Below are positions 1 to 9,670 of a DNA stretch of 64,000 bases, in pieces (the first letter of the stretch is position 1; the number at the start of each line of letters is the position of its first letter). The stretch covers positions 73,799 through 137,798 of the forward strand of contig JAFUKC010000002.1 in NCBI GenBank assembly GCA_017467885.1, written 5' to 3'. The notes below the pieces were generated by a model. It made no database searches. It saw only the letters and a program-made list of their open reading frames with translations, and was not told the origin of the DNA. Source of the stretch: Bacteroidaceae bacterium. Lineage in GTDB: Bacteria; Bacteroidota; Bacteroidia; Bacteroidales; Bacteroidaceae. A program made the position numbers and the translations under genes.

Positions 1-41
1 AGAATAAGTTAAAAGAGTTAGCTTACTATTTCAACGTCGCT

Positions 42-84
42 AAACGGCCAAAAGTGTGCAAATTTTGCACACTTTTGGCCGTTT
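42..84 (+). terminator. Near-perfect 43-nt palindrome (21-bp arms), probably the intrinsic terminator of a gene lying upstream of the window
   Basis: aaacggccaaaagtgtgcaaa (42-62) is the exact reverse complement of tttgcacacttttggccgttt (64-84). T-rich sequence follows (gctgttttcttt). Confidence 0.5.
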
Positions 85-171
85 AAGGCTGTTTTCTTTA
101 AATTCTCTTGTCTGAATCTTTCAAATAAAGTTATTTCGTACTGTTAACCAAAAGAATTTATATTTAATAAT

Positions 172-2601
172 ATGGACTTTTTACGAAATTTCTTTGTGAC
201 TTTGCGTGCATATAAGGCAGTTGTTGTACTCAATGTGCTCGGGCTGGCCGTAGCCATGGCGGTAGCTTATATGATAGCTGTGCAGGTGCATTACGAATTG
301 AGTTATAATAAATGCATAAAGGACAGCGACAGAATCGCTTGCGTTATATGTAACGAGGATTATATTTTCGGTCGGAAATGGCAGGCCTATTGGTGGCGGC
401 CGTTTATTGAGAATCAGCGGCAGAATATTGCGGTGGAGCAAATAGCCATAATAGAGCCGGTTGACTATCCGCGTCGTTTTGTAACTGAAAATTCTTCAAC
501 CTCGGGTATAATGGCACTTACCGAAATTACAATGTCGGCTCTGGATATGTTTGGTTTTGAGTTTGTCAAGGGTTCTGCCGAGGATTTGCAATCGGTAAGT
601 AACGTTGCAATCAGCGAGAGTGCAGCACGTAAATGGGGTTTGTCTTTGGGTGACAGAATTTCTTTCGACCTCAAAGAGTTTAATAAGGATGGAGCGTTTA
701 CCGTAGAGGCTGTATTCCGCGATTTCCCCGAAAACTGCGATTTAAATAAATTGGGGGCTGTTACGAATATCGGTACCATGAATCTGGAACCGGATTGGCA
801 TGCCCGTTCTTTTGCTCATGGTTTTTATGTGAAACTGCGCGAAGGATATACAACGGCCGATTTTGATTCAATAGCATCTGAAGTGCATAAAAATATATCC
901 TCGAATGATTGTGAATATCGTTCCGAGACACTCGATAAGTTATACTTTTCGGATAAGATGAAGGTGTTGGATGCAACGTCTCGCACACATTTCTCAACGG
1001 GTTCGTTCACAAATGTGCTTACTTTAATGGTTATTGCATTTGTGCTTCTTGCAATAGCATTTGTGAATTACCTTAATTTCTTCCTTTCGTTGATGCCCCG
1101 ACGTATGCGCAGTGTCAACACGCAAAAGATAATGGGTGCATCGGTTTTTTCTTTGCGCTTGGAATTTATGCTCGAATCGTTGCTTATTGTAGGTGTGGCC
1201 TTGTTTGTCGCCTGGTTGCTGACCGATATTATTGCAAAAAGTTCATTGGCTTCTTTCTTTTCTGTATCGGTGGCAGTGTGTGATAATGTGGCGATTGCGG
1301 TTATTGCGCTTGTCGCAGCTCTTGTCTTCTCTTTTGTAACTGCCGTTTATCCGGCTTTTTATGTAACGTCGTTTGTGCCTGCGTTTGTTCTGAAAAGCAG
1401 CTTTGGTCACAGTTTATCCGGTGTATTGTTCCGTAATACACTTATTTTGCTGCAGTTTGTGATTTCATTTGTCCTTGTAATTTCTGCAGTACTTATATGG
1501 TGGCAGAACTGTTTTATGATGAATGCCGATATGGGCTTCGATAAGGAGGCGGTATTGGTTACTTCGAAAATGGAGAGTCGTTTGAGGGGAATTTCAATGC
1601 TCGATGAATTGTCTGATAAACTTAAACAGCATCCGTCGGTTATGGATGTCGCATATTCGGGTGATATGTTATTTGATACGAAGTTCGGCGAAGCCGGCTC
1701 TACTATCGGTGGCCCTCGTCCCGATGACTTTAAGGATGTAGTGTTCGGCGGTACGGTATTATCGGTATCGTGGAATTTTTTGCGCCTTATGGGTATAGAG
1801 GTGTTCGAGGGTAGGGATTTTATCTCCGATGATTTTATATTGGGAACATTCGACAACGATATTATCACACCAAGCCGTGGGGCTTTGATATGTAATGAGT
1901 GTGCAAAGAACAAGTTCCGAATCACCACCGAAAATTATTGTGGAATATACTATCCTAAAGCTCCGTTTATAGGTTTTTGTCGCGATTTTAATTTCAAGCC
2001 TTTGCAATACGAAATCTCTCCTATGGCATTTGCAATATCACACGATTTTTACGATGCACATATATATCTTAAAGTCACTCCCCGCTGTGATGTGGTCGAC
2101 GTGGCAAGGCATTTACGTTGCTGCGTGAATGAATTCTGCAAAACTCGTGAGGGTGACGATATGACTGTTGAATATTTCGATGATATTCTTGAGCGGAACT
2201 ATAAAGCCGAGCAGCGTACCGCTATGCAAATTACCATATTTGCAATAATTGCAATATTGGTGTCTGTTGCAGGATTATTTGCAACCGTTATGTTCGAAGT
2301 GAAATATATCGAGCGCGAAATTGCCGTTCGCAGGGTACATGGTGCTACTGTTGTCGATGTACTGCGATTCATAAACATGCGATATATTCGTATGGTATTA
2401 ATTGCTTTTGTATTTGCGTTGCCGTTTGCTGTTTACGCAGTTCAGAAGTGGCTGCAAGGTTTCATATATCAGGCTCCGCTCCATTGGTGGCTGTTTGCAG
2501 TTGTGTTTCTTGTTGTAGCTGCAGTTGTTGTCACAGTGGTTTCTGTTACATCATGGCGGGTGGCAAGCCGTAATCCTGTGGAGGTGATAAATAAAGGGTA
2601 G
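172..2601 (+). CDS. FtsX/MacB-type ABC transporter permease (large two-module Bacteroidota paralog family)
   Basis: 809-aa ORF with an N-terminal TM helix, a long extracytoplasmic domain, a hydrophobic 3-TM block (about aa 285-410), a second soluble domain and a C-terminal 3-TM block. No ATPase partner lies in the window. Confidence 0.8.
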   Translation: MDFLRNFFVTLRAYKAVVVLNVLGLAVAMAVAYMIAVQVHYELSYNKCIKDSDRIACVICNEDYIFGRKWQAYWWRPFIENQRQNIAVEQIAIIEPVDYPRRFVTENSSTSGIMALTEITMSALDMFGFEFVKGSAEDLQSVSNVAISESAARKWGLSLGDRISFDLKEFNKDGAFTVEAVFRDFPENCDLNKLGAVTNIGTMNLEPDWHARSFAHGFYVKLREGYTTADFDSIASEVHKNISSNDCEYRSETLDKLYFSDKMKVLDATSRTHFSTGSFTNVLTLMVIAFVLLAIAFVNYLNFFLSLMPRRMRSVNTQKIMGASVFSLRLEFMLESLLIVGVALFVAWLLTDIIAKSSLASFFSVSVAVCDNVAIAVIALVAALVFSFVTAVYPAFYVTSFVPAFVLKSSFGHSLSGVLFRNTLILLQFVISFVLVISAVLIWWQNCFMMNADMGFDKEAVLVTSKMESRLRGISMLDELSDKLKQHPSVMDVAYSGDMLFDTKFGEAGSTIGGPRPDDFKDVVFGGTVLSVSWNFLRLMGIEVFEGRDFISDDFILGTFDNDIITPSRGALICNECAKNKFRITTENYCGIYYPKAPFIGFCRDFNFKPLQYEISPMAFAISHDFYDAHIYLKVTPRCDVVDVARHLRCCVNEFCKTREGDDMTVEYFDDILERNYKAEQRTAMQITIFAIIAILVSVAGLFATVMFEVKYIEREIAVRRVHGATVVDVLRFINMRYIRMVLIAFVFALPFAVYAVQKWLQGFIYQAPLHWWLFAVVFLVVAAVVVTVVSVTSWRVASRNPVEVINKG

Positions 2602-2603
2602 CT

Positions 2604-3584
2604 TTATTTAATTACCCATTTAGGGTTGTGAGCCTTGGTCTTCTGTGGGTTGTAGTGTAGTGCTTTTGCATCGGGAATAAGTACAGTGTAGCTTTTCCCT
2701 GTTTTATTAGGCATTTTTGTACTGCGTATCCAGGGGTTTGCTTCGCGTAGTTGTAAGTATGTAAGCCCATGCTTCTTTGCAATGTCGGCCCAGTTGTCGA
2801 CATTGCCCTTTATTGTTATTTTCTTTGCAATAGGCAAGGGAGGGTATAAGTCGTGGCTGTGCAATAGGAAACCGTATGCAACAGGATCGCTGAATATTGT
2901 TTTTGCGGTCAGCAGACGGAAAAGGTAACGCGAAGTCTCGGGTACGAGTGAAAGATTCATTCCATCCTTCTCTTTCTGTGCCTCGACTCTTTTTGCGATG
3001 CTTGTTTCTCCGGCATTATAGCTTGCAGCAACGGTCATCCAATTATCAAACAGCCCGTACATCTTTCTTAAGTATCGGCATGCGGCGCGTGTCGCTTTCT
3101 CTATGTGGTAACGTTCGTCCACAAAGTTATTCACCTCGAGCCCATACTGTTTGCCTGTTCCTTCCATGAATTGCCATAGGCCGCCTGCGCCTACACCGGA
3201 ACGGGCATATATATCGCCATTGCTCTCTATTATCATAAGATATTTGAAATCATCGGGTATACCGCACTCCTTCAGAATAGGTTCTATGATTGGGAACAGC
3301 CTGTTGGCACGTTTAATTTGCAGCATGGTGTTTATGTGCGAGTAGGTGAAAGCAAGTATCTCCCTGTCCATGCGTTCGCGGTGTTCCTGTGATGTGAGGT
3401 CTATCTTCTCTCCTGCAAATGTTATGCTTGCAGGGAGTTTGGGCGACACAGCACAATAAGGAATCTGTGAATATGGCATATTCTCTTTACTTACATTGCT
3501 GCTCGAGAGCAGTATTGTTGCTGTGTATACAGTAATTGCAAAAAATATACAGGTTGTAATTCTCTTTAGAATAGTGTTACGCAT
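2604..3584 (-). CDS. Membrane-anchored lytic murein transglycosylase (SLT domain, MltD-like) with a LysM-like C-terminus
   Basis: Motifs LMIIESNGD (catalytic Glu), GAGGLWQFMEGTGKQYGL and AASYNAGE. N-terminal signal anchor. C-terminal LTYLQLREANPWI segment. Confidence 0.85.
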   Translation of the reverse strand: MRNTILKRITTCIFFAITVYTATILLSSSNVSKENMPYSQIPYCAVSPKLPASITFAGEKIDLTSQEHRERMDREILAFTYSHINTMLQIKRANRLFPIIEPILKECGIPDDFKYLMIIESNGDIYARSGVGAGGLWQFMEGTGKQYGLEVNNFVDERYHIEKATRAACRYLRKMYGLFDNWMTVAASYNAGETSIAKRVEAQKEKDGMNLSLVPETSRYLFRLLTAKTIFSDPVAYGFLLHSHDLYPPLPIAKKITIKGNVDNWADIAKKHGLTYLQLREANPWIRSTKMPNKTGKSYTVLIPDAKALHYNPQKTKAHNPKWVIK

Positions 3585-3950
3585 CTCTTGTCTCTATTGG
3601 AAACGCGAAGATAGTATTTTTATGGTAAATATGACTTTTGAAACCTGTTAAATTATCTCTTTTCTGTAATTATATTATGACATCATGCTCTTGTTGTCTT
3701 ATTTAGCGAAATACGTTTTTGAGCGCTTCTTTGTATCTTCAGGGGGTAATCCTTAAAGTCTGTATGTGGTTCGGGATAAAAAATAAATGAATTTATTTTA
3801 TTCTCCGCTCGCCTTTCAGTATCTTTGCCATAAATATCGGGTATAGGTTGCATTTGCCGTAAAATAGAAATTAAATTTAATATTTTGTCCGTTTGCACTA
3901 TATTCGTATGGTATTATGGGATAAACCCTTTTGTTCTTTTTTAATTATTT

Positions 3951-5495
3951 ATGGAGGAATTTGAACTTATCGCCAAAACATTTCAGGGGCTCGAGGAGGT
4001 TTTGGCAAAGGAGTTGGTTGACTTGGGCGCAAATAATGTGCAGATTGGCAGGCGAATGGTTTCGTTTACAGGTGACAAGGCTATGATGTATAAGGCAAAC
4101 TTCTGCCTGCGAACGGCTGTTCGTATTTTGAAGCCGATATTGCATTTTAAAGCATCAGACGCCGATGAGGTATATAATGTCATTAAAAGTATCGAGTGGG
4201 AGCAGTACCTCGACAGTAACTCAACTTTTTCGGTCGATTCGGTTGTGTATAGCGATGTGTTCCGTCACTCTAAATTTGTGGCCTATCGCGTGAAAGACGC
4301 TATTGCCGATTATTTTAATGAGAAGTGTGGCCGTCGTCCATCGGTCCGCCTGAATAATCCCGATCTTATATTTCATATACATATTGCCCAAGAGGAGTGC
4401 ACTCTCGCCTTCGACAGCTCGGGTGAATCGTTGCATCGTCGCGGTTATCGTGTTGAAACAGGTGCCGCACCCATCAACGAGGTGCTTGCAGCCGGCATGA
4501 TTATGCTTACCGGATGGCATGGCGAGTGTGATTTTATAGATCCTATGTGTGGCTCGGGAACAATTCCCATTGAGGCCGCGTTAATAGCCAAGAATATAGC
4601 ACCTGGAGTTTTTCGTCAAGGCTTTGCCTTTGAAAAGTGGAACGATTTTGACAGTGAACTTTTCCGTTCGATATACGAGGATGATTCGGCCGAGCGTGAT
4701 TTTAATTATAAAATATACGGTTATGATGTCGATGGTCGAATGGTGGGATGTGCGCGTCGTAATGTTAAATCGGCCATGATGGGCGATGTGATAGAGATAG
4801 AATGTCGCGAGATAAAAGATTTTGCGGAGCCGCAAAGGCGTGCTCTTATGATAGTAAATCCTCCCTATGGCGAGCGTTTGACCTCTGATAAACTATTGCA
4901 GACGTATAAGGAGTTGGGTGAGCGTCTTAAACATGCTTTTCAAGGAAACGAAGCATGGGTGATAAGCAGCAGCTACGATTGTTTCGACCAGATAGGCCTT
5001 AAGGCTTCGGCACGTATTCCGCTTTATAATGGAGACCTGGATTGTGAGTTCCGTAAATACGAAATGTTCCAAGGAAAATACAAGGGGTTCCGCGACGAAG
5101 GTAATGCTTTGAAAAAGGATTTTGCTCCGCTTAAACGTAAATCGCGCCTTACCGGCTTGGACGGTGAACAGCGAAACAGCAGACACGACAACTCCGATGA
5201 TTTTGCCATGAATACTCCCGACAGTGAAGCTTCATTGGAACGTCGTCGTCAATTGGAGTCGTACTTTAAAACACGCACAGCAAAACAAATTGTGTCGAAA
5301 CGTGAAGGACGTAATAGCGAAGGTAGGTCTAAAACAGTGCGTGGTTGGGGCGGTGAAGAGAGGAAACCGCGCACCGATGCGCCAAGAAGAGGAACTACGA
5401 GTGCTTCAAAAGACAATGAGGAACGTCGACATAAACCTTATTTGAAGGGTGGAAAGACTTTTACACCACGCGGGAAAAAGGGTGGTAATCGTTAA
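3951..5495 (+). CDS. THUMP-domain class I SAM-dependent RNA methyltransferase (RlmL/YpsC-like) with a roughly 130-aa basic low-complexity C-terminal tail
   Basis: SAM motif I DPMCGSGTIPIEAA and motif IV VNPPYGERL. The tail from about aa 385 is rich in R/K/G/E/S (RRGTTSASKDNEERRHKPYLKGGKTFTPRGKKGGNR). Confidence 0.85.
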   Translation: MEEFELIAKTFQGLEEVLAKELVDLGANNVQIGRRMVSFTGDKAMMYKANFCLRTAVRILKPILHFKASDADEVYNVIKSIEWEQYLDSNSTFSVDSVVYSDVFRHSKFVAYRVKDAIADYFNEKCGRRPSVRLNNPDLIFHIHIAQEECTLAFDSSGESLHRRGYRVETGAAPINEVLAAGMIMLTGWHGECDFIDPMCGSGTIPIEAALIAKNIAPGVFRQGFAFEKWNDFDSELFRSIYEDDSAERDFNYKIYGYDVDGRMVGCARRNVKSAMMGDVIEIECREIKDFAEPQRRALMIVNPPYGERLTSDKLLQTYKELGERLKHAFQGNEAWVISSSYDCFDQIGLKASARIPLYNGDLDCEFRKYEMFQGKYKGFRDEGNALKKDFAPLKRKSRLTGLDGEQRNSRHDNSDDFAMNTPDSEASLERRRQLESYFKTRTAKQIVSKREGRNSEGRSKTVRGWGGEERKPRTDAPRRGTTSASKDNEERRHKPYLKGGKTFTPRGKKGGNR

Positions 5496-5514
5496 TAATA
5501 GAAACTAAAATAAT

Positions 5515-6783
5515 ATGAAGATATTACTGTTAGGTAGCGGAGGACGTGAGCATGCACTTGCGTGGAAAATAGCACAGAGTACAAAGGTGGAGAAGCTTTT
5601 TATTGCACCCGGAAATGCCGGAACATCACAGGTGGGCGAGAATGTGCCCCTGTCGGTATGCGATTTTGAGGCAATAGCACGCTTTGTTCTCGACAACAGC
5701 ATTTCTATGGTTGTTGTAGGGCCCGAAGATCCATTGGTGAAGGGTATTTACGATTATTTTAAAAATGATGCAGAGTTGTCGAATGTGGCCGTTATTGCTC
5801 CTTCGAAGGATGCAGCACAACTTGAAGGCAGCAAAAGTTTTGCAAAAGATTTTATGCAACGTCATAATATTCCTACGGCAGCATACAAGGCTTTTGATGG
5901 GACACAGGTTGAGGAGGCGTGTCGTTTTCTCGAAGGGCTTAAGGCACCATACGTGCTTAAGGCCGATGGCTTATGTGCCGGGAAAGGTGTACTTATTGTC
6001 CCTACACTTGAGGAGGCAAAGGCTCAACTTAAAGAGATGTTTTCGGGGATGTTCGGTGACTCTTCGGCAACAGTGGTTATCGAGGAGTATCTCGATGGTA
6101 TAGAGTGTTCGGTGTTTGTTCTCACAGATGGCAAAGATTATGTTTTATTGCCCGAGGCAAAAGACTACAAACGTATAGGCGAAGGCAATACAGGCCTTAA
6201 TACCGGTGGAATGGGTTCAATCTCGCCTGTGCCGTTTGCCGATGCAGCATGGATGAAGAAGGTTGAAGAACGTATTATACATCCTACAGTGGATGGCCTT
6301 GCAGCCGAAGGATTGCTGTACAAGGGATTTATCTTCTTCGGTCTTATAAATGTAGATGGTGAACCTATGGTAATCGAGTATAATGCTCGCATGGGTGACC
6401 CGGAAACAGAGTCTGTAATGTTACGTCTTAAGGATGATATAGTGGAGTTGTTTGAAAAGGTAGATGCAGGTACTCTTGCCGGGACTACGGTGCATTTTGA
6501 TGAGCGTACAGCCGTTTGTGTGATGCTTGTTTCCGGTGGTTATCCCGAGGCTTACGGTAAGGGGTACGAAATTACAGGGTTGAATAATGTTAAGGATAGT
6601 ATATTGTTTCATGCCGGTACAGCCATCAAGGATGGCAAAGTTGTGACTGCAGGTGGTAGAGTAATAGCAGTATGCTCATACGGAACAAATCGTGACGAGG
6701 CTCTGCAAAAATCTTTCGGCTCGGCAGAAACAATCGATTTCGAGAAGAAGTATTTCAGAGGAGATATAGGTTTTGATTTATAA
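5515..6783 (+). CDS. purD: Phosphoribosylamine--glycine ligase
   Basis: [19 protein letters not shown]-terminus, ATP-grasp core, 422 aa. Confidence 0.95.
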   Translation: MKILLLGSGGREHALAWKIAQSTKVEKLFIAPGNAGTSQVGENVPLSVCDFEAIARFVLDNSISMVVVGPEDPLVKGIYDYFKNDAELSNVAVIAPSKDAAQLEGSKSFAKDFMQRHNIPTAAYKAFDGTQVEEACRFLEGLKAPYVLKADGLCAGKGVLIVPTLEEAKAQLKEMFSGMFGDSSATVVIEEYLDGIECSVFVLTDGKDYVLLPEAKDYKRIGEGNTGLNTGGMGSISPVPFADAAWMKKVEERIIHPTVDGLAAEGLLYKGFIFFGLINVDGEPMVIEYNARMGDPETESVMLRLKDDIVELFEKVDAGTLAGTTVHFDERTAVCVMLVSGGYPEAYGKGYEITGLNNVKDSILFHAGTAIKDGKVVTAGGRVIAVCSYGTNRDEALQKSFGSAETIDFEKKYFRGDIGFDL

Positions 6784-7756
6784 CGATACATTGCAGAAAC
6801 GTTTTGTAACCGGCAGATACACATCTGTATTTCTGTCGGTTGTTGCGTTATTGCTGTGGTTGGCGGGGCTTGTATTTCAAGAAGGTGATAATGTATACTC
6901 TGTTCTCGACCCTTATGCTTCTCCTGTTTTGCATGGTTGGGCGGGGCGATTGTTCTCCTTTATACTGTATGTGGTTGTTGCATATATCCTGAATTCGCTT
7001 GTTGTACTCGAAAGCAGTACGCCTTGGTTGGCCGGTTTATTTTTGTGGGTTGCATCATCTTTGTTTCTTATTCATGCCGATTTTATTCTTGCATTTTCCA
7101 CCCTTTTGTTCACCATAGCTACGGTTCTGCTGTTTTCTTGTTACAGGCCGCAAGGTGTTGAGCGTCGTATATATACGGCATTTATGCTGCTTGCGTGTGT
7201 AACATTGCTTTTCCCGCAGGCTCTGTATGTGTTTCCTCTGTTTGCAATATATCTGGTTATGGTACGCATGCTGACAGTAAGGCATGCGCTTGCAGCTCTT
7301 CTGGGGGTGATTACACCTTATTGGATATTGTTTGGCACTGTATATCTTGTACCGTCGCTGTCGTTTTTAACGTTGCCGTTTGATACCGGCCTTTCGGGCC
7401 TGTTTTCGGGATATTCTTTTCACGCGGATATACAGGTGCCCCTGCAGTTGTTTATGGTGCTCGAGTTTGTCATTCTGTCGGTTGCGATACTGTTGTTTTT
7501 CGTTACCTCTTCTCCTGCAAATCCTGTGATGCGTAATATGCTTATATATATTATGATAAGTAATCTTGCAATGTGGGTGCTTTCTTGGTTTTCGAATATT
7601 TGCATGGAGGTGTTTCTTGCATGGCGCCTGCCGGGTTTTGCTCTATTGTCGGCATATATATTTACGGTGCGGCGCACTAAACTTTTAAATATGTTTTTTG
7701 TTATTTTTAATATAACATTATTGGTTATTGCTGCTTTGGGAATATGGAATGGATAA
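6773..7756 (+). CDS. Polytopic membrane protein of unknown function (about 9-10 predicted TM helices)
   Basis: 327-aa, almost entirely hydrophobic ORF. Only a TTG (6773 or 6791) is available as start. It overlaps the purD stop by 11 nt. I recognise no catalytic motif. Confidence 0.6.
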   Translation: MIYNDTLQKRFVTGRYTSVFLSVVALLLWLAGLVFQEGDNVYSVLDPYASPVLHGWAGRLFSFILYVVVAYILNSLVVLESSTPWLAGLFLWVASSLFLIHADFILAFSTLLFTIATVLLFSCYRPQGVERRIYTAFMLLACVTLLFPQALYVFPLFAIYLVMVRMLTVRHALAALLGVITPYWILFGTVYLVPSLSFLTLPFDTGLSGLFSGYSFHADIQVPLQLFMVLEFVILSVAILLFFVTSSPANPVMRNMLIYIMISNLAMWVLSWFSNICMEVFLAWRLPGFALLSAYIFTVRRTKLLNMFFVIFNITLLVIAALGIWNG

Positions 7757-8208
7757 TGGATTTTTGCAGGGACTACGGTTATTGGGGAATGTGGTTTATT
7801 TCGTTTCTCTCCGGCTCTATTCTGCCTTTTACCAGCGATGCTCTTCTGTTGTTCTTTTTGGGAATAGGTATGAGTCCTGTATGGTTGGTGCTTGTTGCTA
7901 CATTGGGTAATACGCTTGGCGGTATGACTTGCTTCTTTATGGGTAGTGTGGTAAAACAGGGATGGTTCTCGGCTTTCTTTAAGGTACCACGTGAAAAGGC
8001 GCAGAAGGCCGAGGTGTATATACGTAAATATGGTTATTGGGCTGCATTCTTTTCTTTTCTTGCAATTGTTGGGGAGGCAATAGTGATTCTGCTTGGCAAT
8101 ATGCGTGTATCTTGGTGGAAGGTGTTGTTGGCTATGACACTCGGTAAATTTATACGATATGTTGTCATTGCTCTATCGTTTAAGGGTGTAGAAAGTATTA
8201 TTTCATAG
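7744..8208 (+). CDS. YqaA/DedA-like small membrane protein
   Basis: 154 aa. The N-terminus GYWGMWFISFLSGSILPFTSDALL is typical of YqaA-family proteins. It has 4 TM helices and overlaps the upstream ORF by 13 nt. Confidence 0.6.
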   Translation: MEWIMDFCRDYGYWGMWFISFLSGSILPFTSDALLLFFLGIGMSPVWLVLVATLGNTLGGMTCFFMGSVVKQGWFSAFFKVPREKAQKAEVYIRKYGYWAAFFSFLAIVGEAIVILLGNMRVSWWKVLLAMTLGKFIRYVVIALSFKGVESIIS

Positions 8209-8211
8209 AAT

Positions 8212-9021
8212 ATGAGATATATTATATATTTATCGTTACTTATTTTGGTGGCATGCGAAAAGGTCCCTTCCGATAAAAAGGTACTTACAGTAACCATTGA
8301 ACCTTATCGTTTCGTAGTTGAGGCTGTAGCCGGTGACGAGTGGCAGGTGAACAGTTTGTTGCCAAAGGGAAGCAATCCCGAGACTGCCGATCTCTCTCCC
8401 CGGGCAATGGCATCGCTGCAGGATAGTAAGGTGTTTTTTCTTGTAGGTGGCTTGGGCTTTGAACGTGAGTGGGTATCGCGTATTGCCGAAACTTATCCTT
8501 CGTTGCAACTTGTGGATACTTCGTCCGGAATAGAGCGTGAGTTTAGCGACCCTCATCTGTGGACATCGCCCGATAATATGATGCAAATAGCCCGTAATGT
8601 TTGCAATTCTTTGTGTGAATTCGACACAATCAATACCGCCGGATACAAGGCACGTCTATCCAAGGTACTACAGCTTTTCTCATCGGTTGATTCTGCAATA
8701 TATGCAAAGCTGGCCGATAGCAATGCGAAAGGTTTTGTTATTTTTCATCCGTCACTGACATATTTTGCTAACAGGTATGGCCTGAAACAGTTGGCTGTGG
8801 AGTGTGATGGAAAGGAACCATCGGCGACGCATATACGTTCGATTATTGACGAGGCTCGGTGTATCGGTGTCAAGCATGTGTTTCTTCAACAGGAGTTTCA
8901 TAAACACCAAACCGAGGTTCTGGCTGCCGAATTGAATGCAGAAATAGTGAATATTAATCCTTTAAGTTATGAGTGGCAAAATGAAATGTTACATATTGCC
9001 GACTGCCTGAACAATGATTGA
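8212..9021 (+). CDS. Zn/Mn-type metal ABC transporter substrate-binding lipoprotein (ZnuA/TroA family)
   Basis: Lipobox LILVAC, DPHLWTSP motif, 269 aa. No His-rich loop is visible. Confidence 0.8.
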   Translation: MRYIIYLSLLILVACEKVPSDKKVLTVTIEPYRFVVEAVAGDEWQVNSLLPKGSNPETADLSPRAMASLQDSKVFFLVGGLGFEREWVSRIAETYPSLQLVDTSSGIEREFSDPHLWTSPDNMMQIARNVCNSLCEFDTINTAGYKARLSKVLQLFSSVDSAIYAKLADSNAKGFVIFHPSLTYFANRYGLKQLAVECDGKEPSATHIRSIIDEARCIGVKHVFLQQEFHKHQTEVLAAELNAEIVNINPLSYEWQNEMLHIADCLNND

Positions 9022-9670
9022 ACTGAAAAACATATCTTTTTCGTATGGCGCAAACACTCTGTTTCACGATGTAAATCTTACGATTTCTTCGGGTGATTTT
9101 GTCGCAATAACGGGGGCCAATGGTTGTGGCAAGACAACGTTGCTAAAAATAATAATGGGGCAACTTAAACCTACTTCAGGAGAAATCATATACACATCGG
9201 GGTGTGCTCCGACAATAGGCTACCTTCCACAATACAGTGCTATAGATAAAATGTTTCCGGTGTCGGTGCGCGAGGTTGTCTCGTTCGGCCTTATGTGCAG
9301 GCGTAATATGTTCTGCTTCGGGCATAATGCCCCCGAGCGGCTTGTTGTAAATGATATAATAGAGAAAATGTCGCTTGGGCACATCGCAAATAAGCCGATA
9401 GGCAAATTAAGCGGTGGTGAGTTGCAACGTGTACTTTTGGCGCGTGCTGTTGTCTCGAGTCCGCAACTGCTGATACTCGACGAACCAAATACCTATCTTG
9501 ATAATAGCTCCGAGGTGTATCTTTACGAGATGTTACATGGTTTGAACAAGAATTGTGCAGTTCTGCTCGTGGGGCACGACCTGAATAACATACACAAGAA
9601 TGCCAAGCGTATATTTGTAATCGATACTTTAACGAAAAGTATATCAGCGAACTGTCTGTTGTCAGTATGA
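9014..9670 (+). CDS. Metal ABC transporter ATP-binding protein (ZnuC-like)
   Basis: Walker A GANGCGKTT, signature LSGGELQR, Walker B LLILDEP. It overlaps the SBP gene by 8 nt. Confidence 0.85.
   Translation: MIELKNISFSYGANTLFHDVNLTISSGDFVAITGANGCGKTTLLKIIMGQLKPTSGEIIYTSGCAPTIGYLPQYSAIDKMFPVSVREVVSFGLMCRRNMFCFGHNAPERLVVNDIIEKMSLGHIANKPIGKLSGGELQRVLLARAVVSSPQLLILDEPNTYLDNSSEVYLYEMLHGLNKNCAVLLVGHDLNNIHKNAKRIFVIDTLTKSISANCLLSV

Noticed and set aside
3585-3950. 366-bp divergent intergenic region with a 71-aa ORF (3683-3898, minus strand) and an AT-only palindrome aaaataaatgaatttatttt
   Set aside because: The ORF has no recognisable features and lies in A/T-rich promoter DNA. I checked by eye for SRP RNA, RNase P, tmRNA and 6S signatures and saw none. 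A small RNA cannot be excluded, but nothing supports one.
5224-5445. 73-aa alternative-frame ORF inside the tail region of the THUMP methyltransferase, which could indicate a frameshift or a separate gene
   Set aside because: The main frame stays open through the whole region with consistent codon usage. The alternative frame has no start context and overlaps completely.
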